Assembly (NCBI GenBank): GCA_051362555.1
Contig: CM120642.1
Location: 7,688,001 to 7,752,000, forward strand
Source: Lingula anatina
Lineage: Eukaryota; Animalia; Brachiopoda
Reading direction: 5' to 3'
DNA length: 64,000 nt
Shown here: in pieces, positions 13,001 through 24,591 of the stretch
Layout: every line of letters starts with the position of its first letter
How positions within the stretch are numbered: position 1 is the first letter of the stretch
Notes under the pieces: generated by a model
Databases searched by the model: none
Told to the model about the DNA's origin: nothing
What the model saw: only the letters and a program-made list of their open reading frames with translations
Program-made: the position numbers and the translations under genes

Positions 13001-15300
13001 TTTATGGAAGTTATCCTGTTTTTTTTTTTTTTTTTTCAATTTTTTCAGCACTTTTGTAACACCGATAACTTGATAAGTGTAAAAATGTTTTTCCTTTTGG
13101 ATTGAAATTTACAGAACTGGTGAATATTTATAATACGCAGGTCAAGTTTGAAAATTGGCATGATTGGACTATTTTAACAAAAGTAATGCTGTTTTTTTCC
13201 TTTATTCAGCATACATGCAACACTGATAACGCATTTTAAGGAAAACCAATCAGCCTTTTATCTTGCAACTCACAGGAGTGATCAATCTGACCAGTATACA
13301 GATCAAGTTTGAAAATAAGCTTGATCAGTTAAGTTTTGATGAAGTTATTAGCCTTTTTGTATATAAGTGGTTTTTCTTCAGATTTAATTCTTAAGCATGT
13401 TAACAGTCTCATTACAGAACTAATTGGATATGTAAAAGTGTTGTTTTAACATTTTCTGCTTCTTAACAATATTGTTAGTTGATTATATAAAAATGACGGT
13501 AAACCTATTATAGTGCATTGTGTAATAAAGTATCAAAAATGGAAAGGAACTCATCATTGCAGTTTGTCAGATTCAATCATTCACTATGTTCAGAATCTCC
13601 AAATGGAGCAAATTGGACATTATAAATTGTTCTATTTATATTTTTCCTATGTCAACAATTTTCCTAGTTGATCATATAAAAATGACAGTAAATTGATTAT
13701 TGTTTTATGTAAAAAAGGTGTTGAAAATGGAAAGAAAATCATTTCAGTACAGTTATCTCTTGTTAACATTTTGGCATTTTGAAAGTGTGACTCTGAACTT
13801 CCATGTCCTTGGAGACCTTTCCGTATCACATTTTCTGAATATCCATGATACTTTTTTTTTTTTTTTATAAAAAAATTGATGGTTTATTGCTGGTAAGTAT
13901 TATGTTATATTGCATGAAAGTTGAAGAAAACCCTACTTTGTACACTGCTGCCAGGATAGCGATTAAGGGAAAACCATGTTACTTATGATAATCAACCTTA
14001 CTGAAAAGACTGAAGTGCAGCTTGTGTTGGAAAACCATTGTAATTGTTTTCTGTTTTGAAAGCAATGCAGTAGAGTGCTATTTGGTGCAATAAATGTATA
14101 TGGATAGTAGGCAGTTAATTCAGGGTTGTAAAGTAATTTGCTTAATTGATTTTCAAGTTATTTCAGGGTTATAAAATAATTTGCTTAATTGATTTTCAAG
14201 TGGCCATTAAATGAGATTACATAAACACACATTGAGATTTCATTGTAAAGTCCCATAGGTTTAGCTCTCTTAACTGTGTCACATAATTAGGAATCGATTA
14301 TTATTATGCAGGTAAATGTTATTTAATATTGAAAATAAGTTTACAAAAGAAAAATTTTGTGTAACGCTTACATTAATGTTAAGATGAATAACAGTGCCTT
14401 ATTATTCTCAAACTCAATAGGGTTATTCATATCATGTTAGTAATTGTACAGCTAGATTAAAAGTTTGAATAGCAGCTTTATTGGTATTTTTTGTTGTTTT
14501 ATTTTACATTTTCTTTTAATTTTTTTTTCAAACACTAGCATCTTCAAGATGACACTTTCAACTGTCATCCACCAGAAGCGCTGTGTATTTTGTTTTTCCA
14601 CATTAGCAGTTGTGTTGGTTTTTATGTCTTTAAACATTGTGTAATATTATTTTATGCACTGTCATCATTTTTCACATATAGGGATTTTCATTATGTGAAT
14701 TTGAAGTCTCACATATGGTCCTGAAACTGAATCTTATTGACCATGTTATTCTGTTGTATATATTTTTGAAATTTTTATCTTTTACCTACTGGCATTTTCA
14801 GTGTGGGACTTATAACTCCCAAGGGTATGTAACAGTTCACTTTTATTGATACTACCTGTTGTGCAATATTTGCAACTTGACTTTACAGTTAAAGGGATAA
14901 TAACTGTTCTTTTTTGGCAAATAATTTTTTTTCTAAAAAGTTTTTTTTGTTAAAATCTCTTAAGAAATTATTACAAAGTATAGCCACCTATGGAGGTCAC
15001 ATGGTCTGATGACAAGTTCAGATATCAGAATAATAGCTATGACTGCCCTTTTTGTGGTAAAACAAAATATATTATATTTCTGTGACTTGTTTACACTGTT
15101 TAAACTGAAGTTGGATGATTCATATCATGGTTATGCAGCTAGACTGAATTGAGCTTTAGTGGAATATTTTTGTAATTTTTTCTTTAATTTTTAATTTTTC
15201 AAACTGGCATTTTCAAGATGTGACTTATCACTCCCATCCACCAGGAGCCCTGTACTGTAACTTTGTAACACTTTCTGTATTTTTTTAACTTACAAGTATG

Positions 15301-15351
<51 letters not shown>

Positions 15352-18300
15352 TAAATTGAGTTTAAGCAATGAGTTTAAGAAATATTCACTTTATCTCATT
15401 CTGGCATTTCCAAAGTTTAACTCTTAGCAGCCTCAAGCCTTAGGGACTATTTCCACACCCTATCACGCTAACTGTGGATCGATGTATCTCCAAGGGAATT
15501 CTCGCTAAATTGCAATCAATGTAAGTGGCTTAGCTGTCTGTCACGCCTACTGAAACTGGCATGCCAGAATCCTAAGCCGCTTAAACTGAAAGCAATTTAG
15601 TGAGAAACCCCTTGGAGTTGGATTGATCCTGTTAGATTGATCTAGGTATGGGAACTCAGTCTAATGCTTGTTTCACATTTTACTTTCATCCTAATTCAAT
15701 GTTATGCAGAATTAGAATTTGATGTTGGCTATGCAGTTACAGTAAGCATAATACATTAATGCATCAAAATTGACAGTATCCTATTTCCTGCGCTTTTTTT
15801 CTGTTTTTTGTCTGTACATTTGACAGCTTTGCTGCCTTGTTTTTAATGTAGACAATGAAAAAAAATATATGATTGGCTGTTGTAATAAGAGTGAAATTTA
15901 AAAATAGAAAAGGACAAATGTACACTTGATTCTTTTGAGGGACTTTGTGAAAACTAATGAATGATTATGATTTATGATAAAGAAAAGAAAAAGAAATGTT
16001 AAATAGTTTCATGGACAAACAATAATTTCTCTTTTCCTTGATATATTTCAGGCACTGAAATCTCCAGAAACATCTTAGCTTTAGACATAGTGCAAGAAAC
16101 TTTTCCTCTTCAGTTTAAGTCTACTGTCTCCAGTCTTCCTAATCTGCCATCTTGGATCCAAAAATCTGGTCTGGTATATGTAGCATATTTAGAAAGCTAT
16201 GCTGGGGACGCCGAGGGACCTTTTCATCATATAAGGGTCAGGGTTGTGCATCTGGAGAGGCACAGAGCTACAGTGGAAGTAAACGCATGGTGAGGAAAAT
16301 TTGATTTTAAGGTTTCTTTATATTAACATGCTTTATTATAAATTATGATGATGGTAAATGGTATTTCAACTGATCAAACAGCTTTAACACAGGCAAAGTA
16401 ATGTATTTTTAGAAAGATTGTGATAGTGTGTAAGTGAGCACAATCTTGCACATTTCAGACTTAAGCTTTGTCATTGGTAAAAGCTGAGGGTGGTGTTGTT
16501 TATCGAGCAGGATTTTAACTTATTACTTTAAGTCATTAAATGTCACATATAAATGAGAGCTCACACACATACTCAGACATATTCTCCAAGGATAAGATAA
16601 GAGATGGAAAAAACCAATGAAATGCATTTAAAAGAATGTTCTGAGGTAAGGCATTTTTATATTTTTATATGAATTTTTATGTACAGACACAGATGTGTCT
16701 GTACATATAGCCATCATCTGCGTCTGTCGTCGCCGTCGCCGTCGTCGCCGTCGTCGCCGTCGCCGTGCACTTTTACCGATAACACGATAAGTGGAAAACC
16801 ATTTTGCCTTTTGATTTGAAACTTGCAGAACTGATGAATATTCATAATACGCAGGTCAAGTTCGAAAATCAGCATGATCGGGTCACTTATAGGGAATTTA
16901 TGCTGTTTTTTCACTTTTTTCAGCATATATGCAGCACTGATAACACGATAAGTGGAAAACCATTGTACCTTTTGGCTTGAAACTTACAGAACTGATGAAT
17001 ATACATAATACGCAGGTCAAGTTCGAAAATCAGCGTGATTGGGTCATTTTTAGTGAATTTAGGCTATTTTTTATTCTCTTTTTTCAGCATATATGCAGCA
17101 CCGATAACACCATAAATGGAAAACCATTTGACCTTTTGGCTTGAAACCTACAGAACTGATGAATATTCATAATACGCAGGTCAAGTTCGAAAATCAGCAT
17201 GATTGGGTCATTTTTAGTGAATTTAGGCTATTTTTTCACTTTTTTTCAGCATTTTTGCAACACTGATAACACAATAAATGAAGAGCTGTTTTACCCTTTG
17301 GCTTGAAACTTACAGAACTGATAAATATTCATAATACGCAGGTCAAATTCGAAAATCAGCACGATCGGGTCACTTATAGGGAATTTATGCTGTTTTTTTT
17401 TCACTTTTTTCAGTATATATGCAACACTGATAACACAATATAAGAAAAACAGATTGGCCAATTGTCATTATACTCACAGGAGGGGCCAATCTTACTAAAA
17501 CGCAGGTTGAGTTTGAAAATCAGCATAATCATTCCATTATTTTAAAAGGTAATCTTGTTTTTTCACATTTCCTCACATTCAATTCTTAGGCATGTTAACA
17601 GTCTCATTATTGAACTAATAAGATACGTAAATGTGTTTGTTTGGCATTTCCTGCATCTTTACAACATTGTTAGTTGATTTTGTAAAAATGATGGCAAACT
17701 TGTTATCATGTATTGTGTAATAAAGTGTCAAAAATGGAAATAAACTCATATCATTGCAGTTTGTCAGATGCATTCATCCACTATGTTCAGAATCTCAGAA
17801 TGGAGGAAGTTGGGCATTTAAAACTGTTCTATTGATACTTTTCCCATCTCATCAATTTTCTTCATTGGTCATATAAAAATGGCAGTAAACTGTTTATTTT
17901 GTTTTATGTTTAAAAAGTGTTAAAAATGGAAATAAACCCATTTCAGAACAGTGCTGTATTGTTTACATTTTGGCATTTTCAATATGTGACTTTGAAGTTC
18001 CATGGGCCTGAAGGCTTTTGCTAGTCACATTTTCTGAATAACCATGATACTAATATTTTATAATTAAAAATTGATGGTCATTATGCTGTAAAACATTATG
18101 TAATATTGCATGAAAATTTGAAGAAACCCCTATTTTGGGCACTGCTCCCATGATGACCATTTAAGGAAAATCATGTCACTTACTGTTCTCAAACTTACAG
18201 GAAAGAAACATGGGACTAAAATACAGCTCCAGTAGGCAATGCAGTCTGTTTGGTAAATTTTTCTGGCAATTAAACAGTTTTTTGTGAAAATTAAATTTTT

Positions 18301-19733
18301 CACTTATTGGCATTTTCAAGGTGTGACTTTGAAGTTCCATGATCCTGAAGACCTTTGCTTGTCACATTTCCTGAATATCCGTGATACTAATATTTTATAA
18401 TTAAAAATTGATGGTCATTATGCTGTTAAACATTATGTAATGTTGCATCAAAATTTGAAGAAACCCCTATTTTGGGCACTGCTCGATCCCATGATGACCA
18501 TTTAACAAAAATCATGTCAATTACTGTTCTCAAACTTGCAGGAAAGAAACATGGGTCTAAAATACAGCTTCAGTTGGCAATGCAGTCTGTTTGGTAATTT
18601 TTTCTGGCAATTAAACAGTTTTTTGTGAAAATTTAATTTTTCACATATTGGCATTTCCAAGGTGCGACTTAGAACCTCCACGGGCTTGAAGACCCGTGCT
18701 AGTCACATTTTGTGAAAATCCATGACACTTATATTTTATTATTAAAAATCGATGGTCATTATGCTGTTAAGCATTATGTAATGTTGCATCAAAATAGCAG
18801 AAAACACAATTTTTGGTGCTGCTGCCTTGATGACCATTATGGAAAAACCGTGTTACTTATGACTGTCAAACTTTCAAAAAAGAAACACAGGACTAAAATG
18901 CAGCCTGAGTTAGAAAAGCAGTCTAATTGGCTTCTTTTTCTGGAAGTTATACATTTTAGTGTTATATTCATTATCTTTTTTGGCATATTCATTATGGGAC
19001 TCTGAGCTCCCATGGACATGAAGCCAAATGGTAATCATATTTTCTACATGTCCATCCTATTTATAGTCAATAAACAAAAATTGGTGATAATTATTCTCTA
19101 ATTTATTATGTAATGTTACATCAAAATTGACGATCTTTTTGCACTGCCACTGCAAACATTATGAAAAGAAAACTGTGCTACTTATTATAATTTTAAACTT
19201 ACAAGTACGATTTTTAGGATTGGCCTTCAGCTCATGAGAAAACCAGCTCTATCGGATTATCATGTTTATTGTATTTATGCATTTTTTGTGAAATTTTCAT
19301 TTTTCTCATTCTGGCACTTTCTAAGTATAAACTTGAACTCTGATGGGCCTGAAGCCTTATGCTTTTACTTTCGTCTGTGTTACCTGTTGTGCATAAGTTG
19401 ATGTTGACTGTGCAGTTAAACATAATGTATTATTGCATCAGGATTGGTAGTCTCCTATTTTGGGCATTATGGTTTTGTGCTTTTCTTAAGGTGTGACTTA
19501 TGGGCCTGAAGACCTTTGAGTGGGTCAGTCTGTAAATTACCCTTGGGTATCACTAGATTAATTTCAGAGTTATAAAGTCATTTGCTTTAATAGGCCATTA
19601 AATGAGATTACGTAAAGCACACTTGTTGATATTTCCCTGTAAACTCCCAAAGGTAAAGCTCTTTGCTAGATTAATAATAAGGAAGCAGTGATAATTATGC
19701 AGGTAAATTTTGTTTAATATTGCAAATAAGTTT

Positions 19734-19810
<77 letters not shown>

Positions 19811-21117
19811 AACTGGAAGATTAAAAGTTTGAATAGCAGCTTCATTGGAATTATATTTACCTCAAGCTCTGCCAAGGAGGTTATATTTTCACCCCTGTTT
19901 GTCTGTCATCCACATAACACAAAAAGTTATGGACTGATTTTGCAGAAATTTTCAGGAACTGTCGGAAGTGGGCCAAAGAGGACAATGATTAATTTTTGGT
20001 GGTGGTCCGGATCAATAATCAATCAATTATCAATATAATCAACAATTGCTGCCTTGGCAGAGGTCTGCACTCTCAAAGTGCTTTTCTAGTTTTGTTGTTT
20101 TCCTTTATAATTTTTTCTCAAACACTTGCATTTGTGACTTTTAGCCCCAGGCAGGCTCTCATCTGCCTGGGGCTCTGCACATTTTCTGTATTTCTACATA
20201 AGCAGTTGTATTGTTTTTTATGTCTTTAAACATTATGTAATATTATTTTATGCACTGTCATCATTTTTCAAATATTGAGACTTTCATAATGTGAATTTGA
20301 ACTCTCATGGTCCTGAAACTGTAATCTTATTGAAGGGGTGGATTGAGACCATCTTCTGGGTCTTCCGGAAGACAGTCAGGTTATTAAGTTTATATTGACT
20401 GGTATCTATTTTTTCTGTTGGAAGACCATCAAAATGGAGGATGGATCAACATAGATACTTTGTAATACTGTCAGAAAATATCTCTGGGTCCGCTCCTGTT
20501 ATTGACCATGTTACCTGTTGTGCAAGATTAAAATTCAGTGTTGACTGACAGTGCTATTATAAGCATTATTTATTATTGCATCAAAATTGACAAAATGACC
20601 TTTTTTGCATCTTTATTTTCTGTTTTTTGTCTGTACATTTGACAGCTTTGCTGCCTTGTTTTATTATTAAAATTTCAGGGATCAAAATCAGCTGCTGCTT
20701 CTAGTCCATACCCTGTATGGGCATCTCCCAGATGATGTTATTATCTTACCATATCACCATGGTGACACCAAAAGGGTTGCCATGGAAACTGTGCTTCATC
20801 ACATGACAACAGAGCAGGCCAAAATTAGGGAGTCTTTCATGCAGCTTATAAAGGATGCTGAGAAAGAAAAGAGTCAGAAATCTGCAGCTTCACAACAGGT
20901 TGACTTGACAAGTGAAGGACTCGATGAAAAAATGGATACTAGTGACAAAGATCCTGCTAAAGTTCGTGATGAATTTCAAAGGCAGCAAAAACATACAATG
21001 GGCAGTGGTTCTGGTGAAATTGTTGTTGATGGTGGAAAATATTTAGAGGCTATGAAAGGCATCCTCGATTTGCAGATGTTAACTGACCATGCAATGTGTT
21101 CTTACACAGAAAAATAA
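7048..21117 (+). CDS. FANCB: Fanconi anemia group B protein homolog, 8 coding exons
   Basis: Phase-consistent exons: 7048-8163, 8566(or 8569)-8730, 9058-9141, 9414-9536, 9902-10086, 10363-10805, 16052-16289, 20679-21117 (TAA). Diagnostic segments LFDGPNVLW, KKVLVDDFIGCGSDQVLLVY (human VLIDDFIGSGTEQVLLLF), ALEARLQAGLSAVRE, WQRLVHEKWVIGV, DQNQLLLLVHTLYGHLPDD. Adjacency to MOSPD2 supports orthology. Confidence 0.9.
11046..13220 (+). repeat. ~162-bp satellite-like tandem arrays inside HINE copy 1 (~3 units at 11046-11530 and ~7 units at 12066-13220)
   Basis: Unit start ACCGATAACACGATAAGTGG recurs at 11046, 11207, 11369 and onward; the core TTGAAACTTACAGAACTGATGAATATTCATAATACGCAGGTCAAGTTCGAAAATCAGCATGAT is repeated. 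Confidence 0.92.
15440..15664. mobile_element. Palindromic (foldback) MITE-like insertion nested in HINE copy 1
   Basis: Long imperfect inverted repeat, e.g. CTCCAAGGGAATTCTCGCTAAATTGC ... GCAATTTAGTGAGAAACCCCTTGGAG and TAAGTGGCTTAG ... CTAAGCCGCTTA. Confidence 0.6.
19856..20092 (+). mobile_element. Small Helentron-type non-autonomous element of a second family nested in HINE copy 2
   Basis: SubTIRs CTCTGCCAAGG ... CCTTGGCAGAG, short GTTT/GTCT microsatellite, 3' hairpin GCACT-CTCAA-AGTGC, ends CTAGTT. Absent from the matching position in copy 1 (~14480-14495). Confidence 0.75.
20333..20498 (+). mobile_element. ~165-bp MITE (CAGGGGCGGA-type TIRs), copy 1, nested in HINE copy 2
   Basis: Termini AGGGGTGGA ... 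TCCGCTCCTG, flanked by duplicated TTATTG(A); the empty site ATCTTATTGACCATG is present in HINE copy 1 (~14731-14745); homologous copies at 52416-52577 and 63868-64000. Confidence 0.75.
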
Positions 21118-23523
21118 TCATTTGATTTAATTGTTTATTAGGTCATTATTATTATTTATTTGATTTATTTATCGTTATTCTTTGTGGTAGATACAGACAT
21201 GGGACAAGATGTTATTGCTACACAAAATGTATATATTTAGTTAATTGACATATGAACATTTGAACGCGTTGGTATTTTAACCATTTTAAGAATCTTTTTT
21301 ACTATTTTGAAGATCTTTGTATATTTGTTAAAAGATACATTAAAGATATGCTGGTTTACTGAGTAGTTGGTACAATGATCTCATATTTGTCATTTGTTTA
21401 AATAACATAGACAAACATAAAATCAACATTAAAAAAATTAACTGATTTTGAGGCGCATGATATTTTGAAAGACTACACCATTTATTTCTATTTTATCCAA
21501 ATCATGATCAAAGTCGATAACTAAAAAGGGCTACATAGAAAAACAGGGTATGTTATTTTTTCGACTAGGTGTAAAATATATCGGACAATTTTTAGATTAG
21601 TTTTAAGTTTAGAATCACCTATGATAAGTATTGAAAAAAATGAAAAAAAAAAACTGTGAGGTAGATGCGGCACTGAGGTTACTAAATCAGCTCCGAATAC
21701 CTCAGTCAATTATGACCATGATACGTTGCAAATATTCAAATTCATTCAATATAGATATGGTTATGTAACCCATCTCTTATTTTAATGGGATTAAAAAATT
21801 TTTTCAGCAACATCATTTGTCTTAGGACCCATCAAACGAGTTTAATGGGTACTTGGTTTATCCTTTTTTATGCTATATCATTTATTATCCATAATGCTTC
21901 CTCAGGAAGCGTACAGTACGGCTACACTTGTCAAACCTGAATCAAAAACTTTTTTATGTGACATGAAAATGGTGAAGTGGAAAACAAATGGCGCTTTGTT
22001 CAGACAAAGCTCTAGCGTATAATTGTGCCACATAGTGCCATTGGATGTTTGTCACTGTCCCGCGATATATAACTTTAAGTATGCCGTTACTTACACTTAC
22101 TAAGCGAACTTTTTTTACTAGCTAATTAGTTGGAGGGTCAATGATTCATACCCTGCACTCTCCGTAGTTTATTACTTAAATCCTGTAGTCTCGGCGATTC
22201 GTTGTTTAAAAAAGGCATATGGCAATTTGGTTTTGTGGGTCTATTTTATTGCCTAAAACGCCCTGTGTCTACCCCAATGAAAGACACGACAATCTCATTG
22301 TGGTCGAGATATTTTACATCATTTTAATATGCTTATTTAGGCGATGGAAATAGCTTCTCTAATATTAGACCGCAGTTTTGGTTTCTCTTTCTCTAGTTAC
22401 ATATTCCTGATGTTTATCAATATTCATAATGCCCATTCTGTCACGAATCCACAAAGAAATTCGCAAAAAAAAAAAAGAAAAAAAAAGAAAAAAAAATGCA
22501 CCATTTAACCAGCGTGATATAATCTTTACAACTATTAAATGCTAATAGATGCTACTAAATAAATAATTCTTATTTATCTTTCCGACCGCAGCCTTCAGAC
22601 GAACAATATTAATGTTGACCGTTTCTGTCTTGACATCCTAGCGGTGAAGGCAACAATAACGGTACCTTCAATGTCTTCCATCACGCGAAGAAAGGTGACT
22701 GAACAGACTGTGTCATTGTGACTCTGGAGATGTCTTCAAACTTCTAAATGGTGTTTAGTATTCCTATCGTCCAAATTGACTCCTTATTTATATTGCTTAA
22801 AGCGTGACATTTTTTCATGACTTCGAATATGCCTTTATTTTGTATTTGCCTCATGAGGGGTTTTGTCCGTCTAATCAGCAATAGCCAACGTTGCTTTGTC
22901 ACATGAATTATATGCAACAAACTATTTACAGATCTTCCATTTTTTTCTGAGGTGATTCGTAGTTTGAAAGACTTTTCTTTAGTTTTTATAGGCGTGCATA
23001 CGGTGCATTTCCAATTAAAAAACAAATGAATAAAGAATTTAAAATGATTTTTAAATGTTAAAACAGATAAGAATAGGGAGAATTTAAGTTCTTTAGTTGT
23101 TTAAGATAAAAATAGCATTAAGTGTCTTCGACTTCGCGAACTTTCACTGCGAAACTAAATTCCACGCGTGGTTCTCTCCGATTCATGTTTTAGTTAACTT
23201 GTAAAATGACAAATATCTGGGATTTTGTGTAAAATATATATTTTATCAGTATTATTCATACAGCATACCATTTATTTTCGTGACAATAAATGCAATGTAT
23301 CTGGGGATTAAAAGTTCCAGTTAGGATAAAGTCTATCATAGTTGGTGTTAGACATTCCATATCTCTAAATCTGAGTTCTATAATAAACATTTCCATGCAT
23401 CTTGCATGTTGTATGTAATCACAGAGTATAATAACAAAGAAAAAAATCAGCATTGGACTAAACACAATTCAAGCATTTTGTCTGTAATTTTTCTATAATA
23501 AGATAAAAAGAAAAAAAAAACTC

Positions 23524-24591
23524 TCAGCATTGCTGACGCCTGCTTTTCCACGGCTGGAAGTTTTTGATATCGGCCAAGCGGGTCGGCTGTCGCATCCACT
23601 GAATCACTTGATACGAAGTCACCATGTAAACGTCTGGCATGCGGTTAATATAACGCATGAATTTTTTCAGTCCGCCTAATGTGAAGCGATTTTTCCTGTT
23701 AAACCATGTAGCGTGGACATAGACGCCGTAAGGTGCTCTGCGGTTGTTGTAGTAGTCGTTAAGGAAGTTGAGCAGAAGGTAGTTAAAGGTGTCTTCTTCC
23801 GTCGTCGTCCTGCAACTGTCGGCCATTCCGCAGGCTTTTCCGTCGACGCCGTACATGCGATTAAGCGGGATTTCCCAGAGCCCAGGATAGGGACGTCTAG
23901 GGCAGTTTCCAGGGGTGATATCACAGAGGTAGTTCTCTGGCGGGGTATCTAGGGTGTATGGCCATATGGGAGGGGTGTTGTGAATCTGCTCGGCGCTGTA
24001 CTTGCCTGTTAACATGGAAGAGTCGTACGTAAAGTTGTTGTCGTAGAGCATTTTGAACTGGCTGTCGCCGCCGATTTGCAAGAACGGGGTCCTCATGCCA
24101 CGAATTTCCTCAGGCGGCAGTCTGGCCTGATTGCTGATCATGTCCTTCTCGCCGACTATTTCCTCGACGTAATCGTTGTACGTCGCTTGATCCCACCAGG
24201 AGGGAGGGGAGCGATGGGAGATGCTGTGGCTGGCGATCTCGTGCCCTTCGTCCCAAAGTTTACGAATATGGTGATACACCGTATTCCCAACGCCAATATT
24301 CGATGTATAAAAGGTGCCACCGATGGTGCAGTTATTAGGGTTTCTCAGTGGATTGTTCTTCGGGAATAGTTCCTCGTAATAACGAATGTTGTTGAAATTC
24401 ACGGAGTCGTCAAATGTAACCAAAACCATTTGGGGCGTGTCTTTGGGTCGAAATCCTGCTGGTGGCCGCGAGGTGGGACAATGGCATCGGGGCAGACGAC
24501 AGGTGATGCGGTCGCAGACGGCAGCCTCAGAACGCTGGGCGTATTCTGCCAGAGTTATTAGCAGGAGCAGTGCGTTGAAGAACTTGTTCAT
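23524..24591 (-). CDS. Secreted chitin deacetylase / polysaccharide deacetylase (CE4, insect CDA-like), uninterrupted CDS, 355 aa
   Basis: Signal peptide MNKFFNALLLLITLAEYAQRSEA; Cys-rich CxLPxCxC lead-in; CE4 motifs TFDD, HSISH (metal-binding H-x-x-x-H), RTPFL, YDSS, LWEIP, VHATWF; no chitin-binding or LDLa module; AATAAA on the minus strand at 23271-23276. Confidence 0.93.
   Translation of the reverse strand: MNKFFNALLLLITLAEYAQRSEAAVCDRITCRLPRCHCPTSRPPAGFRPKDTPQMVLVTFDDSVNFNNIRYYEELFPKNNPLRNPNNCTIGGTFYTSNIGVGNTVYHHIRKLWDEGHEIASHSISHRSPPSWWDQATYNDYVEEIVGEKDMISNQARLPPEEIRGMRTPFLQIGGDSQFKMLYDNNFTYDSSMLTGKYSAEQIHNTPPIWPYTLDTPPENYLCDITPGNCPRRPYPGLWEIPLNRMYGVDGKACGMADSCRTTTEEDTFNYLLLNFLNDYYNNRRAPYGVYVHATWFNRKNRFTLGGLKKFMRYINRMPDVYMVTSYQVIQWMRQPTRLADIKNFQPWKSRRQQC

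Larger units (their letters stand above)
10941..15844 (+). mobile_element. Non-autonomous Helentron-type (HINE/DINE-1-like) element with ~162-bp tandem-repeat core, copy 1 (FANCB intron 6)
   Basis: Inserted in a T-run; 5' end ATGTACAGACACAGATGTGTCTGTACAT (subterminal IR plus its own inverse), then a (CGCCGT/CGT)n microsatellite, tandem ~161-162-bp units, and a 3' end TGTCTGTACAT + CAGC-TTT-GCTG hairpin + TTGTTTT. The same termini occur at 16674-20662. Confidence 0.8.
16674..20662 (+). mobile_element. Non-autonomous Helentron-type (HINE-like) element, copy 2 (FANCB intron 7)
   Basis: Same 5' subTIR/IR + GTC microsatellite head and the same 3' TGTCTGTACATTTGACAGCTTTGCTGCCTTGTTTT end as copy 1; ~4 units of the 162-bp repeat (16775-17430), then diverged ~335-340-bp repeats at about 17971, 18308, 18649, 18981 and 19312. 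Confidence 0.8.
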
